DNA of 64,000 bases from Clostridia bacterium (GTDB lineage Bacteria; Bacillota; Clostridia; Oscillospirales; QAKW01). A program made the position numbers and the translations under genes. This document shows, one piece after another, positions 37,046 through 44,421 of this stretch (position 1 is its first letter; every line of letters begins with the position of its first letter). Below the pieces are notes generated by a model, which worked only from the letters and a program-made list of their open reading frames with translations, did no database searches and was not told where the DNA came from. The DNA is taken from the NCBI GenBank assembly GCA_017464525.1, contig JAFTZM010000041.1, positions 12,435 through 76,434 of the forward strand, in the 5' to 3' direction.

Positions 37046-39381
37046 ATTGGAACAAACGACTTTATTTTGACGGCGGCACCGGCACGGTGCTGCAAGCCAT
37101 GGGTCTGGCCGCCGGGGAGACCCCCGAAAGCTGGAACCTGAGCCACCCGGAAAAGATCACCGCCCTGCACACCGCCTATCTGGATGCGGGGGCCAACATC
37201 ATTAAAACCAACACCTTCGGCATCAACCGGGATAAATATGAGAACTACGAGGAACTGATCGCTGCCGCCATGGGCTGTGCCAAAGCGGCGGCCGCCGGCC
37301 GGGAGGAGGCTTATATCGCCTTTGATGTGGGCCCCACCGGGCGGCTGCTGGAGCCCCTGGGAGATCTGCCCTTTGAGGAGGCGGTGGCACTTTTTGCCGC
37401 CAATATGAAGCTGGCAAAAAAATACGGTGCCGATCTCATCCTCATCGAGACCATGAACGATAGCTATGAGACCAAGGCCGCTGTGCTGGCCGCCAAGGAG
37501 CAAACAGATCTGCCGGTTTTTGTGACGAATGTATACGATGGCAGCGGCAAGCTGATGACCGGTGCCGATCCCGCCGCCATGGTCGCCCTTTTAGAGGGCA
37601 TGGGGGTAGATGCCATCGGCATGAACTGCTCCTTGGGCCCCGCCCAGATGGTCCGGCTGGTGGAGCAGTTTGCAGAATATTCCTCTCTGCCTGTTATCGT
37701 CAACCCCAATGCGGGGCTGCCCGAGGTAAAGGGCGGCAAGACCGTATTCACCGTGGGGCCGGAGGAATTTGCCGGCTATATGGAGCAGATCGCCCGGAAG
37801 GGCGGCTGCATCTTGGGAGGCTGCTGTGGCACCACCCCCGATCACATCCGTGCCATGCGGCAGCGGGTAGAAGGGGTTCCCTATGCCCTGCCTGCCCCCA
37901 AGAATAAAACGGTGATCTCCTCCTATACCCATGCGGTGGAGATCGGCCCCGATCCCATCCTCATCGGAGAGCGGATCAACCCCACCGGCAAGCCCAAATT
38001 AAAAGAAGCTCTCCGCAGCGGAGATCTCAATTACATCCTGAATGAAGGCATCCGCCAGGCAGATGCAGGCGTGCAGCTGCTGGATGTCAATGTAGGCCTG
38101 CCGGAGATCAACGAGCAGGAAATGATGAAAAAGGCAGTCGCCGCATTGCAGGCGGTCACCGATCTGCCCCTGCAGCTGGATTCCAACAACCCGGCCGTTC
38201 TGGCCGATGCCATGCGGATCTATAACGGCAAGCCCCTGATCAATTCTGTCAACGGCGAGCAGGAGAGCATGGATGCCGTCTTTTCGTTGGTGCAGAAATA
38301 CGGCGGCGCTGTCATTGCCCTGACCATGGATAAAAGCGGTATTCCCACCACCGCAGAGGGACGGGTCGCCATTGCAGAGCGGATCGCCCGGCGGGCAGCG
38401 GAATTCGGCATCGCCAAAAAGGAACTCATCGTGGATCCCCTGGCGCTGACTGTTTCCTCTGATCAGAATGCGGCGCTGGTGACCCTGGACTCCATCCGCC
38501 TGCTGCGGGAGCGGGGCTTTTATACCAGCCTTGGCGTTTCCAATATCTCCTTCGGGCTGCCTGCCCGGGAAAAGATCAATTCCACCTTCTTTGCCTGTGC
38601 CATGGAAAAGGGGCTCAACTGCGCCATTATGAATCCCTTCACCCCCGGCATGATGGACGCTTGGTATGCCTACAGGGCCCTCCATGGGCTGGATACCGCC
38701 TGCACCGATTACATTGGCTATGCGGATCAGGCAGCCCCCCGGCAGACCGCCGCACCTGCCGCCGTAACGCTGCATGATGCGGTGGTCAAGGGGATGAAGG
38801 AGGCAGCGATGATCACCGCCGGGGAGGCATTGCAAAGCCGGGAGCCCCTGGAGGTGATCAACGGGGAGATCATCCCTGCTCTCAATGAGATCGGGGAGGC
38901 CTTCGAGCAGAAGAAGGCCTACCTGCCCCAGCTGCTGATGAGCGCTGAGGCCGCCAACGCCGCCTTTGAGCTGGTGAAGGAAAAGCTGCCCCCCTCTGCC
39001 GCCACCGGCAAAAGCGTGATCCTGGCTACGGTGAAGGGGGATATCCACGATATCGGCAAAAATATCGTGCGGGTGCTACTGGAAAGCTATGGCTTTAAGG
39101 TCTATGATCTGGGCCGGGATGTGGCCCCGGAGGCCGTCTGGCAGGCGGTGGAGCAGACCGGCTGCAGGCTGGTGGGGCTCAGCGCCTTGATGACCACCAC
39201 TGTTCCCGCCATGGCCGAGACCATTGCCCTGCTCCATGAAAAGGACCCCGCCGTGAAGGTCATGGTGGGCGGCGCTGTACTCACCCCGGATTATGCCGAA
39301 ATGATCCACGCCGATTTCTATGGCAAGGACGCCATGGAGTCCGTACGGATCGCCGAGGAATATTACCGTTCTGTCTGTTAA
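37042..39381 (+). CDS. metH: Cobalamin-dependent methionine synthase (Hcy-binding + pterin-binding + B12-cap/B12-binding domains)
   Basis: 779 aa. GGCCGTTPDHI (Hcy zinc site), a pterin barrel, and GDIHDIGKNIV (DxHxxG) in the B12-binding domain. Confidence 0.9.
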   Translation: MNWNKRLYFDGGTGTVLQAMGLAAGETPESWNLSHPEKITALHTAYLDAGANIIKTNTFGINRDKYENYEELIAAAMGCAKAAAAGREEAYIAFDVGPTGRLLEPLGDLPFEEAVALFAANMKLAKKYGADLILIETMNDSYETKAAVLAAKEQTDLPVFVTNVYDGSGKLMTGADPAAMVALLEGMGVDAIGMNCSLGPAQMVRLVEQFAEYSSLPVIVNPNAGLPEVKGGKTVFTVGPEEFAGYMEQIARKGGCILGGCCGTTPDHIRAMRQRVEGVPYALPAPKNKTVISSYTHAVEIGPDPILIGERINPTGKPKLKEALRSGDLNYILNEGIRQADAGVQLLDVNVGLPEINEQEMMKKAVAALQAVTDLPLQLDSNNPAVLADAMRIYNGKPLINSVNGEQESMDAVFSLVQKYGGAVIALTMDKSGIPTTAEGRVAIAERIARRAAEFGIAKKELIVDPLALTVSSDQNAALVTLDSIRLLRERGFYTSLGVSNISFGLPAREKINSTFFACAMEKGLNCAIMNPFTPGMMDAWYAYRALHGLDTACTDYIGYADQAAPRQTAAPAAVTLHDAVVKGMKEAAMITAGEALQSREPLEVINGEIIPALNEIGEAFEQKKAYLPQLLMSAEAANAAFELVKEKLPPSAATGKSVILATVKGDIHDIGKNIVRVLLESYGFKVYDLGRDVAPEAVWQAVEQTGCRLVGLSALMTTTVPAMAETIALLHEKDPAVKVMVGGAVLTPDYAEMIHADFYGKDAMESVRIAEEYYRSVC

Positions 39382-39421
39382 AAAAAGGTGCGGATTTTTT
39401 TAAAAAAATCCGCACTTTTTT
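39381..39421. terminator. Bidirectional terminator between metH and the lipase-like gene
   Basis: AAAAAAGGTGCGGATTTTTTT / AAAAAAATCCGCACTTTTTT forms a palindrome. Confidence 0.8.
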
Positions 39422-39996
39422 AATTCTTTTAAGTAGTTTTCCGGGCGATGGGCATCGATGGGGGAATAATGCCCCCGCACCCCGATCTCCAGCAGGCTAC
39501 CCACATGGGTATACCCCAATATCCGGGGCGGCAGGTGGGTGATCAGATCATCCCGGTTGCGCACCACCGTGAAGCTCTGCCACCGGTCCTTCGGAGCAAG
39601 CCCCCACACCACCCGGGGGCAACCGAACCCATAGCCGGTGAGGCGATCCCGCAGATCGGGGCGGTGATACCAGGCATACTCATGGCAGAGCACCGCCAGC
39701 GCTGCACCGTGGGAATAGCCCACCACCCGGATCCGGCGTACGGCCGGATCAAGGATCAGCCCGCCGAGGTACCGTTCTGCAGAGCACCACACCCTCACAA
39801 AACCCCGATGGGCAAACCATTTTCCATAGGCTCTGGCAGGAAAGTCCAGATTATTCCGCCAATCGACGGCCCCCTTGGAGGGCTCAAACCAGATCTCAAG
39901 CGCCGAGCCCCGCCGTTCCGCTGCGAAGCTGGCCTCATTTTCCGCGTTGATATACGGCAAAGTGATACACTTCTCGAATAATTCCAAAAGCTTCAT
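39400..39996 (-). CDS. Class-3 lipase-like alpha/beta hydrolase
   Basis: 198 aa. VVGYSHGAALAVL is a GxSxG nucleophile elbow in a lipase_3-like context. Confidence 0.6.
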   Translation of the reverse strand: MKLLELFEKCITLPYINAENEASFAAERRGSALEIWFEPSKGAVDWRNNLDFPARAYGKWFAHRGFVRVWCSAERYLGGLILDPAVRRIRVVGYSHGAALAVLCHEYAWYHRPDLRDRLTGYGFGCPRVVWGLAPKDRWQSFTVVRNRDDLITHLPPRILGYTHVGSLLEIGVRGHYSPIDAHRPENYLKELKKCGFF

Positions 39997-40032
39997 GCCT
40001 CATTATATGAAAAAAATGAGGTGTTTTTCACC

Positions 40033-40308
40033 TCATTTGATCGACTCTATAAAATTCTCATAGGCATCGTTGAAGGACTCATAGGGGGAAGGATTGCCGC
40101 CATTGGTGCTTTTGCACTGATTATCGCAGTATTCCTCTCCCACGGCGAATAACTCGCCGGCATAAAGCTCCACCCCTGCCTCCTGCGCCAGCCGGCAGAA
40201 ATCCCAAAGGGCGTCTGCCGAATTGCGGGTAGCCAGCAACCTTTGCCGCAGGGCTTCATCCCGCTTTGCCAGGGCGGTCAGTTGATCTAATTTTTGAAAT
40301 GTTGTCAT
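40033..40308 (-). CDS. Nif11-domain small protein (Nif11-type leader-like, ends the leader-like part in NGG)
   Basis: 91 aa. LTALAKRDEALRQRLLATRNSADALWDFCRLAQEAGVELYAGEL resembles the Nif11/N11P leader pattern, followed by ...CDNQCKSTNGG-NPSPYESFNDAYENFIESIK. Confidence 0.5.
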   Translation of the reverse strand: MTTFQKLDQLTALAKRDEALRQRLLATRNSADALWDFCRLAQEAGVELYAGELFAVGEEYCDNQCKSTNGGNPSPYESFNDAYENFIESIK

Positions 40309-40330
40309 TCCCTTTTCACCGGTCCTTTAT

Positions 40331-40599
40331 CCAAAGCATTGATACTTGAACCGAATTTTGGAACACGTATTTTCCGCTGAGGCTTTTTTGAAATACTCGC
40401 AAATCCGCCAGGATTTGCTCCGTTTTGCGCCGTGCCCACCGAAAAATCCGTTGTTCCAAAATTCTGCGACCTGAAAGGCGCAGTTTATTGAATAATTTTT
40501 GGTGAAGCGAAGCCACTAAGGCTGGCGCCTATTGGCGACAATGAGCGAAAAGCATCGAAAAACCGCCCTTTCAGGCCGATTCAAGTTTCGATGCTTTGG
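40331..40599 (-). mobile_element. MITE-like element, family 1, copy B (269 bp), inverted relative to copy A
   Basis: About 92% identical to the reverse complement of 12196-12465, with the same TIRs. It begins 22 nt upstream of the Nif11-like start codon. Confidence 0.7.
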
Positions 40600-40694
40600 A
40601 TATGCCCAATGTATTTATTATAGCAAAAAAGGAGCTGGTTGTCAATTCGCAAACAATATAATTTTTTAGGCCGATTTTTATGGAACATTACGGC

Positions 40695-40723
40695 TTGAAA
40701 ATCCATAAAACCTATGCTATACT
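40695..40723 (+). promoter_or_regulatory. Orphan sigma-A-type promoter
   Basis: TTGAAA (40695-40700), a 17-nt spacer, then TATACT (40718-40723). No plus-strand gene lies downstream. Confidence 0.5.
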
Positions 40724-40729
40724 ATAGCC

Positions 40730-40978
40730 AAGGAAAGAGAAGAAAGAATTCCTGAAAGGCTCAGAAAGCTGCCCGCTTTACAGCCACGCCGTAGCGTGGG
40801 AAGACCAAAATTAAAATAGATTTTAGGAACATTCGGAAACAGCCGCAGCGAAAAGAAAAAATGAGCCTGAAAATTGAAGAAAGTGAGGTTAACCATGCTG
40901 GAACCTGCAAGTTCAATGAAATGACCCTCGGTAGTTTACTGTGACGAGAAAGCAGAAACACCGAGGGTTATTTCTATT
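40730..40978 (+). ncRNA. Candidate non-coding transcript (about 250 nt), class unknown
   Basis: It runs from the promoter above to the hairpin ACCCTCGG-29 nt-CCGAGGGT (40924-40968), which is followed by TATTTCTATT. It is purine-rich and has no credible ORF. I could not match it to any riboswitch or RNA family by eye. Confidence 0.3.
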
Positions 40979-41010
40979 ATAGAGGCTACTTTTTTGTTTT
41001 GGCATTGGGG

Positions 41011-41226
41011 GCTCTCAAAAAAGAACGCAGATTTCGCCGATCACGCCCGAAGTTGTATGTGATACTACGAGCGGCGGAAAGCAGAAAAAATTTAAATCAA
41101 TCTCGCCTCGGCGAGATTTTTCCTTATTCAGGGAACGGCGGGAGCGACGCGGTGAGCGAAGCTATGACCAAGATGGTGCTGAATTTGTTATTCCTTTTTT
41201 CTGCGGTCGGTGGCTTTTTTGACAGC
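41011..41226 (-). mobile_element. MITE-like element, family 2, copy 2 (about 216 bp)
   Basis: The inverted homologue of 30432-30661. Its termini read GGGGGCTCTCAAAAAAG ... CTTTTTTGACAGCCCCC. It ends 9 nt from the stop of the RyR-domain gene. Confidence 0.65.
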
Positions 41227-41235
41227 CCCCTTGAT

Positions 41236-42978
41236 TTAATCGTCGTCCTTCATCTTATCCTTTTCGCTCAGAAGGTCGAAGGTTACCAAGCAATGATGGG
41301 TCTTGGCCAGATTATTCCGTTCCGGAGCGTAGACAAAACCTTCCGCACGCATATACGCATTCCAGCGGCGATGCTCCAGCCGGCGCAGGGCCCAGAGCTC
41401 CTTTTCGCCCCTTTTTTCGGGGGGCAGCTCAATGCCGGGCATTCCGCAGGCGATCTTCATCCGTTTATGAAGAGCAGAGGCCACAGAGGAGCGGTAATTA
41501 TATTCATACCGCCAGAAGGACTCCTCATCCCCCCATTTCAGATGGCGGGCCAGACCTTCCTCCTCCAAATCGCAATCCAGCACCACCTCATAGGAATAGG
41601 TGGACTTCAGATCGCCGATAAAGCTGATCTCATAGGATTGGCCGGAATGGTTGGTGATGCCGGTCAGGGCGGCGCTCTTTTCGGAATTATACACGATGGC
41701 CTGAATAATGGGCGTGATCCCCATCTGCTCAAAGAGCACCCGCAGCCGGACAGCCACCTTAATATTCAGCTCATCATTCCCCAATGCCACCATTACATAG
41801 GTCACATCCTTCAGAGAACGGATGGCCTCGGTAAATTCGGCGGTCTCCACATCCATATCGCCATGAACAGTGATCTGGTGCATGGCCTCGCCGTCATCGG
41901 TAAAGTTGCCGTTTTGCGCCATCAACTCGGGGCAGAGAGCCCGGAACTTGGAGGGCGCCTTTTGATCCTTATCGAAGGAATCGATATGGACCTGATAGCC
42001 ATCCATCTGGCAGAACCAGGCCAGGGCCTTGGTCATTTCGGTGCCGTGGTTGCCCATGCCTACCACAACGGCAGAGATCCTGCCATCCTTGGCATTTTCA
42101 AAGATCTTCAGGCCGGTTTCGTTCAGGTTGCGATAGATGAGGGACTGCACCTCATTGATGCGGCGCACCTTGATACAGCCGCTCTCTGCATTGGCCAGCA
42201 GCATTTCCGCCTCCACCTGAGTGGAAAGAACATAAAGATGGGTATTTTCCCGGGTGCGGTATAGCTCCATCAGCTTTAAGGCCTGGGAGATATTCTCCGA
42301 TTGATCGGCGCCCATGGTAAAGAAATGAAGGGGGCTGCTTTTACTGTGCATGGAAAAATTGATGGTCACAATATCCTTTTTAAAGCACACCGCGCCCAGT
42401 TCCCGGGCCTTTTCCACCATCTCATAGCTTTGCTCTTCCTCTTTTTCAAAGACATCGCTGAACACAAACATCCGTTTACCGGGCTGCCGGGAGATGCTTT
42501 CTGCCAGCGCCAGGGTCTTTTCGTTCAGCTCGGAAAAAATATAGGCTTCGGTTCTGAAATTGAATAAAAACTTCTGGTAAGCGGTGATGTTTTTGAAAAA
42601 GGACAGTACAAATCCGAAGGTCAGCACCGGCGCCAGCACAAACAGAATGGATAAAAAGATGCTATAGCCGGAATAAAGGGCCGGGGAAAGTGCCGCGACG
42701 CTTTGGGCGAGAAATTCAAAATCACTGTTCACCACAAAGAGGCAGATCATATTATAGATCGAAAGGAACAGCGCCTCTAAAAGACCGCCGCCGTTGGCCT
42801 TAGTTGTATTAATATAAATAGGAATAAACAGCAGCAGCGCAGATACCAGCACCCCTGCAAAGAGAATATTAGAGGGGGTAAACAGCCGGCCGCTGCGATA
42901 TTTTTTGCCGGTGAGAAATACCCCCGCCAATGCAACCAGCATCACCGCAATGGCAGCAAAAAAGCAAAAATTCCACAT
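41236..42978 (-). CDS. Membrane protein: 4 N-terminal TM helices + Rossmann (TrkA-N-like, GMGNHG) domain + C-terminal RyR domain
   Basis: 580 aa. ISAVVVGMGNHGTEMTKAL (GxGxxG). The C-terminus LEHRRWNAYMRAEGFVYAPERNNLAKTHHCLVTFDLLSEKDKMKD matches the RyR-domain pattern (EHxRW...GW/F.Y....d...K.Hp.Lv.fd.L...eK.kD). Confidence 0.6.
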   Translation of the reverse strand: MWNFCFFAAIAVMLVALAGVFLTGKKYRSGRLFTPSNILFAGVLVSALLLFIPIYINTTKANGGGLLEALFLSIYNMICLFVVNSDFEFLAQSVAALSPALYSGYSIFLSILFVLAPVLTFGFVLSFFKNITAYQKFLFNFRTEAYIFSELNEKTLALAESISRQPGKRMFVFSDVFEKEEEQSYEMVEKARELGAVCFKKDIVTINFSMHSKSSPLHFFTMGADQSENISQALKLMELYRTRENTHLYVLSTQVEAEMLLANAESGCIKVRRINEVQSLIYRNLNETGLKIFENAKDGRISAVVVGMGNHGTEMTKALAWFCQMDGYQVHIDSFDKDQKAPSKFRALCPELMAQNGNFTDDGEAMHQITVHGDMDVETAEFTEAIRSLKDVTYVMVALGNDELNIKVAVRLRVLFEQMGITPIIQAIVYNSEKSAALTGITNHSGQSYEISFIGDLKSTYSYEVVLDCDLEEEGLARHLKWGDEESFWRYEYNYRSSVASALHKRMKIACGMPGIELPPEKRGEKELWALRRLEHRRWNAYMRAEGFVYAPERNNLAKTHHCLVTFDLLSEKDKMKDDD

Positions 42979-42993
42979 ATCCTTTTCCTCCTG

Positions 42994-43203
42994 TTACCGA
43001 TCGATTTCTTTATCGCCGTCGCCGCCGGGGCGAACCTTGGTGCGGGCAAGTGCTTCCTGCACCGCCTGGTAGGCCTGCACCTTTTCCAGGCAGGCATCGC
43101 AGACAGCAATATGGCTATTGACCTTTTTGGCCAATGCAACAGTTTCTTCATTGATCTGATCGATCATCGCAAAGCGGATGATCTCCTCGGTAGTTAAATG
43201 CAT
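42994..43203 (-). CDS. Putative anti-sigma factor (zf-HC2-like H-x3-C-x2-C)
   Basis: 69 aa from MHLTTEEIIRF. It contains SHIAVCDACLEKV. Its start overlaps the sigma gene stop by 10 nt. Confidence 0.5.
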   Translation of the reverse strand: MHLTTEEIIRFAMIDQINEETVALAKKVNSHIAVCDACLEKVQAYQAVQEALARTKVRPGGDGDKEIDR

Positions 43204-43979
43204 GATTTCTTCTCCTTCCGCTTGATGAGCTGATTCATCCGATAGACCCAATCGCTGATGGCGCTTTTGGGTTTGCGGGTACCGTAAAAATCGCCGTAAT
43301 GCAGGCTGCCCCGCCGCACCCCGTTATAGGGTTCATCCAGCCGGCTCCGCAGCGCCTTGATATGGGTGGGATCCAAGGCCAGCCAGGGGATCTCCCGGGA
43401 CATGAGGATCAGCATTTCCAGCATGGTATCCAGCGTCAGGGCGGTGAATTTTTCCACGATCAGATCCGCAGTTTCGATCTTATCGATATCGTGGTAGGCA
43501 ATGAGCAGCATCTGGGCCATCCAGGTAAGGGGGATATGCACCTCCGAATCAGCGGTCATTACCGTGCGGAAGGCACGGTTCAGCCGGTCATCCCCCTGGC
43601 AGCTCTCCTCCTCGGGGGCGGGCTCTGCTTCGGGGATGGGATCCGCCTCATGCCGCAGCTCGGTCTTGCGGTAATCGATGAAGGCATTTTTCGCCACCGT
43701 AAACATCCAGGCCTGAAAGGCATCGGCAGATTTATCGGTATACCGCTCGTTGCGGTAAAAGCCGGTCACGCAATGGGTGAACAGGCTGAGATTGATCCGC
43801 TGCATGATATCCTCTTCATGCTCGCCGCCCTTCATCCGGGGATCGGTGTTGCATTGACGGACGATCCAGCCGAACAACACCCGGCGGGCCACCCGAAACA
43901 TGGTATCATAGCCGCCCTCCGGAGATTCCCATTCCGCCACGATCTTTTCATATTCTTCTTTTGTGAAATAACTACTCAT
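43194..43979 (-). CDS. ECF-like sigma-70 family RNA polymerase sigma factor
   Basis: I trimmed the start to MSSYFTKEEY (43979, SD AAGGAG). Region 2 reads FQAWMFTVAKNAFIDYRK. A region 4.2-like helix reads KSAISDWVYRMNQLIKRK. An acidic, proline-rich linker separates them. Confidence 0.7.
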   Translation of the reverse strand: MSSYFTKEEYEKIVAEWESPEGGYDTMFRVARRVLFGWIVRQCNTDPRMKGGEHEEDIMQRINLSLFTHCVTGFYRNERYTDKSADAFQAWMFTVAKNAFIDYRKTELRHEADPIPEAEPAPEEESCQGDDRLNRAFRTVMTADSEVHIPLTWMAQMLLIAYHDIDKIETADLIVEKFTALTLDTMLEMLILMSREIPWLALDPTHIKALRSRLDEPYNGVRRGSLHYGDFYGTRKPKSAISDWVYRMNQLIKRKEKKSCI

Positions 43980-44001
43980 GACAAAGGCTCCTTTTGCTGC
44001 C

Positions 44002-44030
44002 ATTATATCACAAACCCCCGGCCCTGACAA
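44002..44030 (-). promoter_or_regulatory. Promoter of the sigma / anti-sigma / RyR operon
   Basis: On the minus strand: TTGTCA (44030-44025), a 17-nt spacer, then TATAAT (44007-44002). Confidence 0.6.
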
Positions 44031-44085
44031 GAACCGGATCCTATTATTTAAAACGGAAGCAACGCAAATTTTTTCGCAAGGAAAT

Positions 44086-44157
44086 AAAAAAACGCCCAAG
44101 GGGCACCCTTTGCAAGGAAGAATACTCCTTATGAAGGGTGCCCCAAGGCGTTTTTTT
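44086..44157 (-). terminator. Long imperfect hairpin terminator closing the vWA-tubulin operon
   Basis: A7 (44086-92) and T7 (44151-57) flank the structure. An 11-bp GC-rich stem pairs GGGGCACCCTT (44100-110) with AAGGGTGCCCC (44134-144), and an outer stem extends it imperfectly. It overlaps the stop of the 83-aa gene. Confidence 0.75.
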
Positions 44158-44407
44158 AAAATAGCTTTTTGCGGAAGTCGCTCAGATCTTTTCCTAAGGT
44201 GATGGAAATGCTGTGCTGCTCTTCGGCGCAATTTTCACAGATGGTCTGGGACTCCTTGCTCAGCGCCTCGGACACAAAATTGGCCTCATAGCCGGTGCCG
44301 ATAAAGAACTTATCGCAGCTATCGCAGGTATGCATCAGCTTGGGAACAAAGATCACACCGGCAATAATGACCACAACAGCCGCCGCAAGTGCAATGATTT
44401 TTTTCAT
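44156..44407 (-). CDS. Small membrane-anchored zinc-ribbon protein
   Basis: 83 aa. The N-terminal TM is MKKIIALAAAVVVIIAGVIFV, followed by CDSC...CENC. AAGGAG lies upstream, and there is a 14-nt gap to the 1823-aa gene. Confidence 0.55.
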   Translation of the reverse strand: MKKIIALAAAVVVIIAGVIFVPKLMHTCDSCDKFFIGTGYEANFVSEALSKESQTICENCAEEQHSISITLGKDLSDFRKKLF

Positions 44408-44421
44408 GTTTTTTCTCCTTA

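Noticed and set aside
36479-39381. metH appears truncated, at 779 aa with no activation domain.
   Set aside because: The activation domain is encoded by the separate overlapping ORF 36479-37045. A split arrangement is known in anaerobes and this is not a pseudogene.
31305-42264. Other long antisense ORFs: 31305-33431 (+), 35601-36515 (-), 37999-39048 (-) and 40999-42264 (+).
   Set aside because: Each lies opposite a gene with clear family motifs (beta-CASP, metF, metH, RyR-domain protein) and has no motif or RBS of its own.
43980-44231. N-terminal extensions of track ORFs: sigma 43194-44231, phosphoesterase to 20292, CARF to 26595, amidase to 30449, phosphatase to 58945, SpoVB-like to 35565.
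   Set aside because: The extensions run through promoters, terminators, repeats or the preceding gene and lack an SD. Internal ATGs with GGAGG-type SDs give family-typical N-termini.
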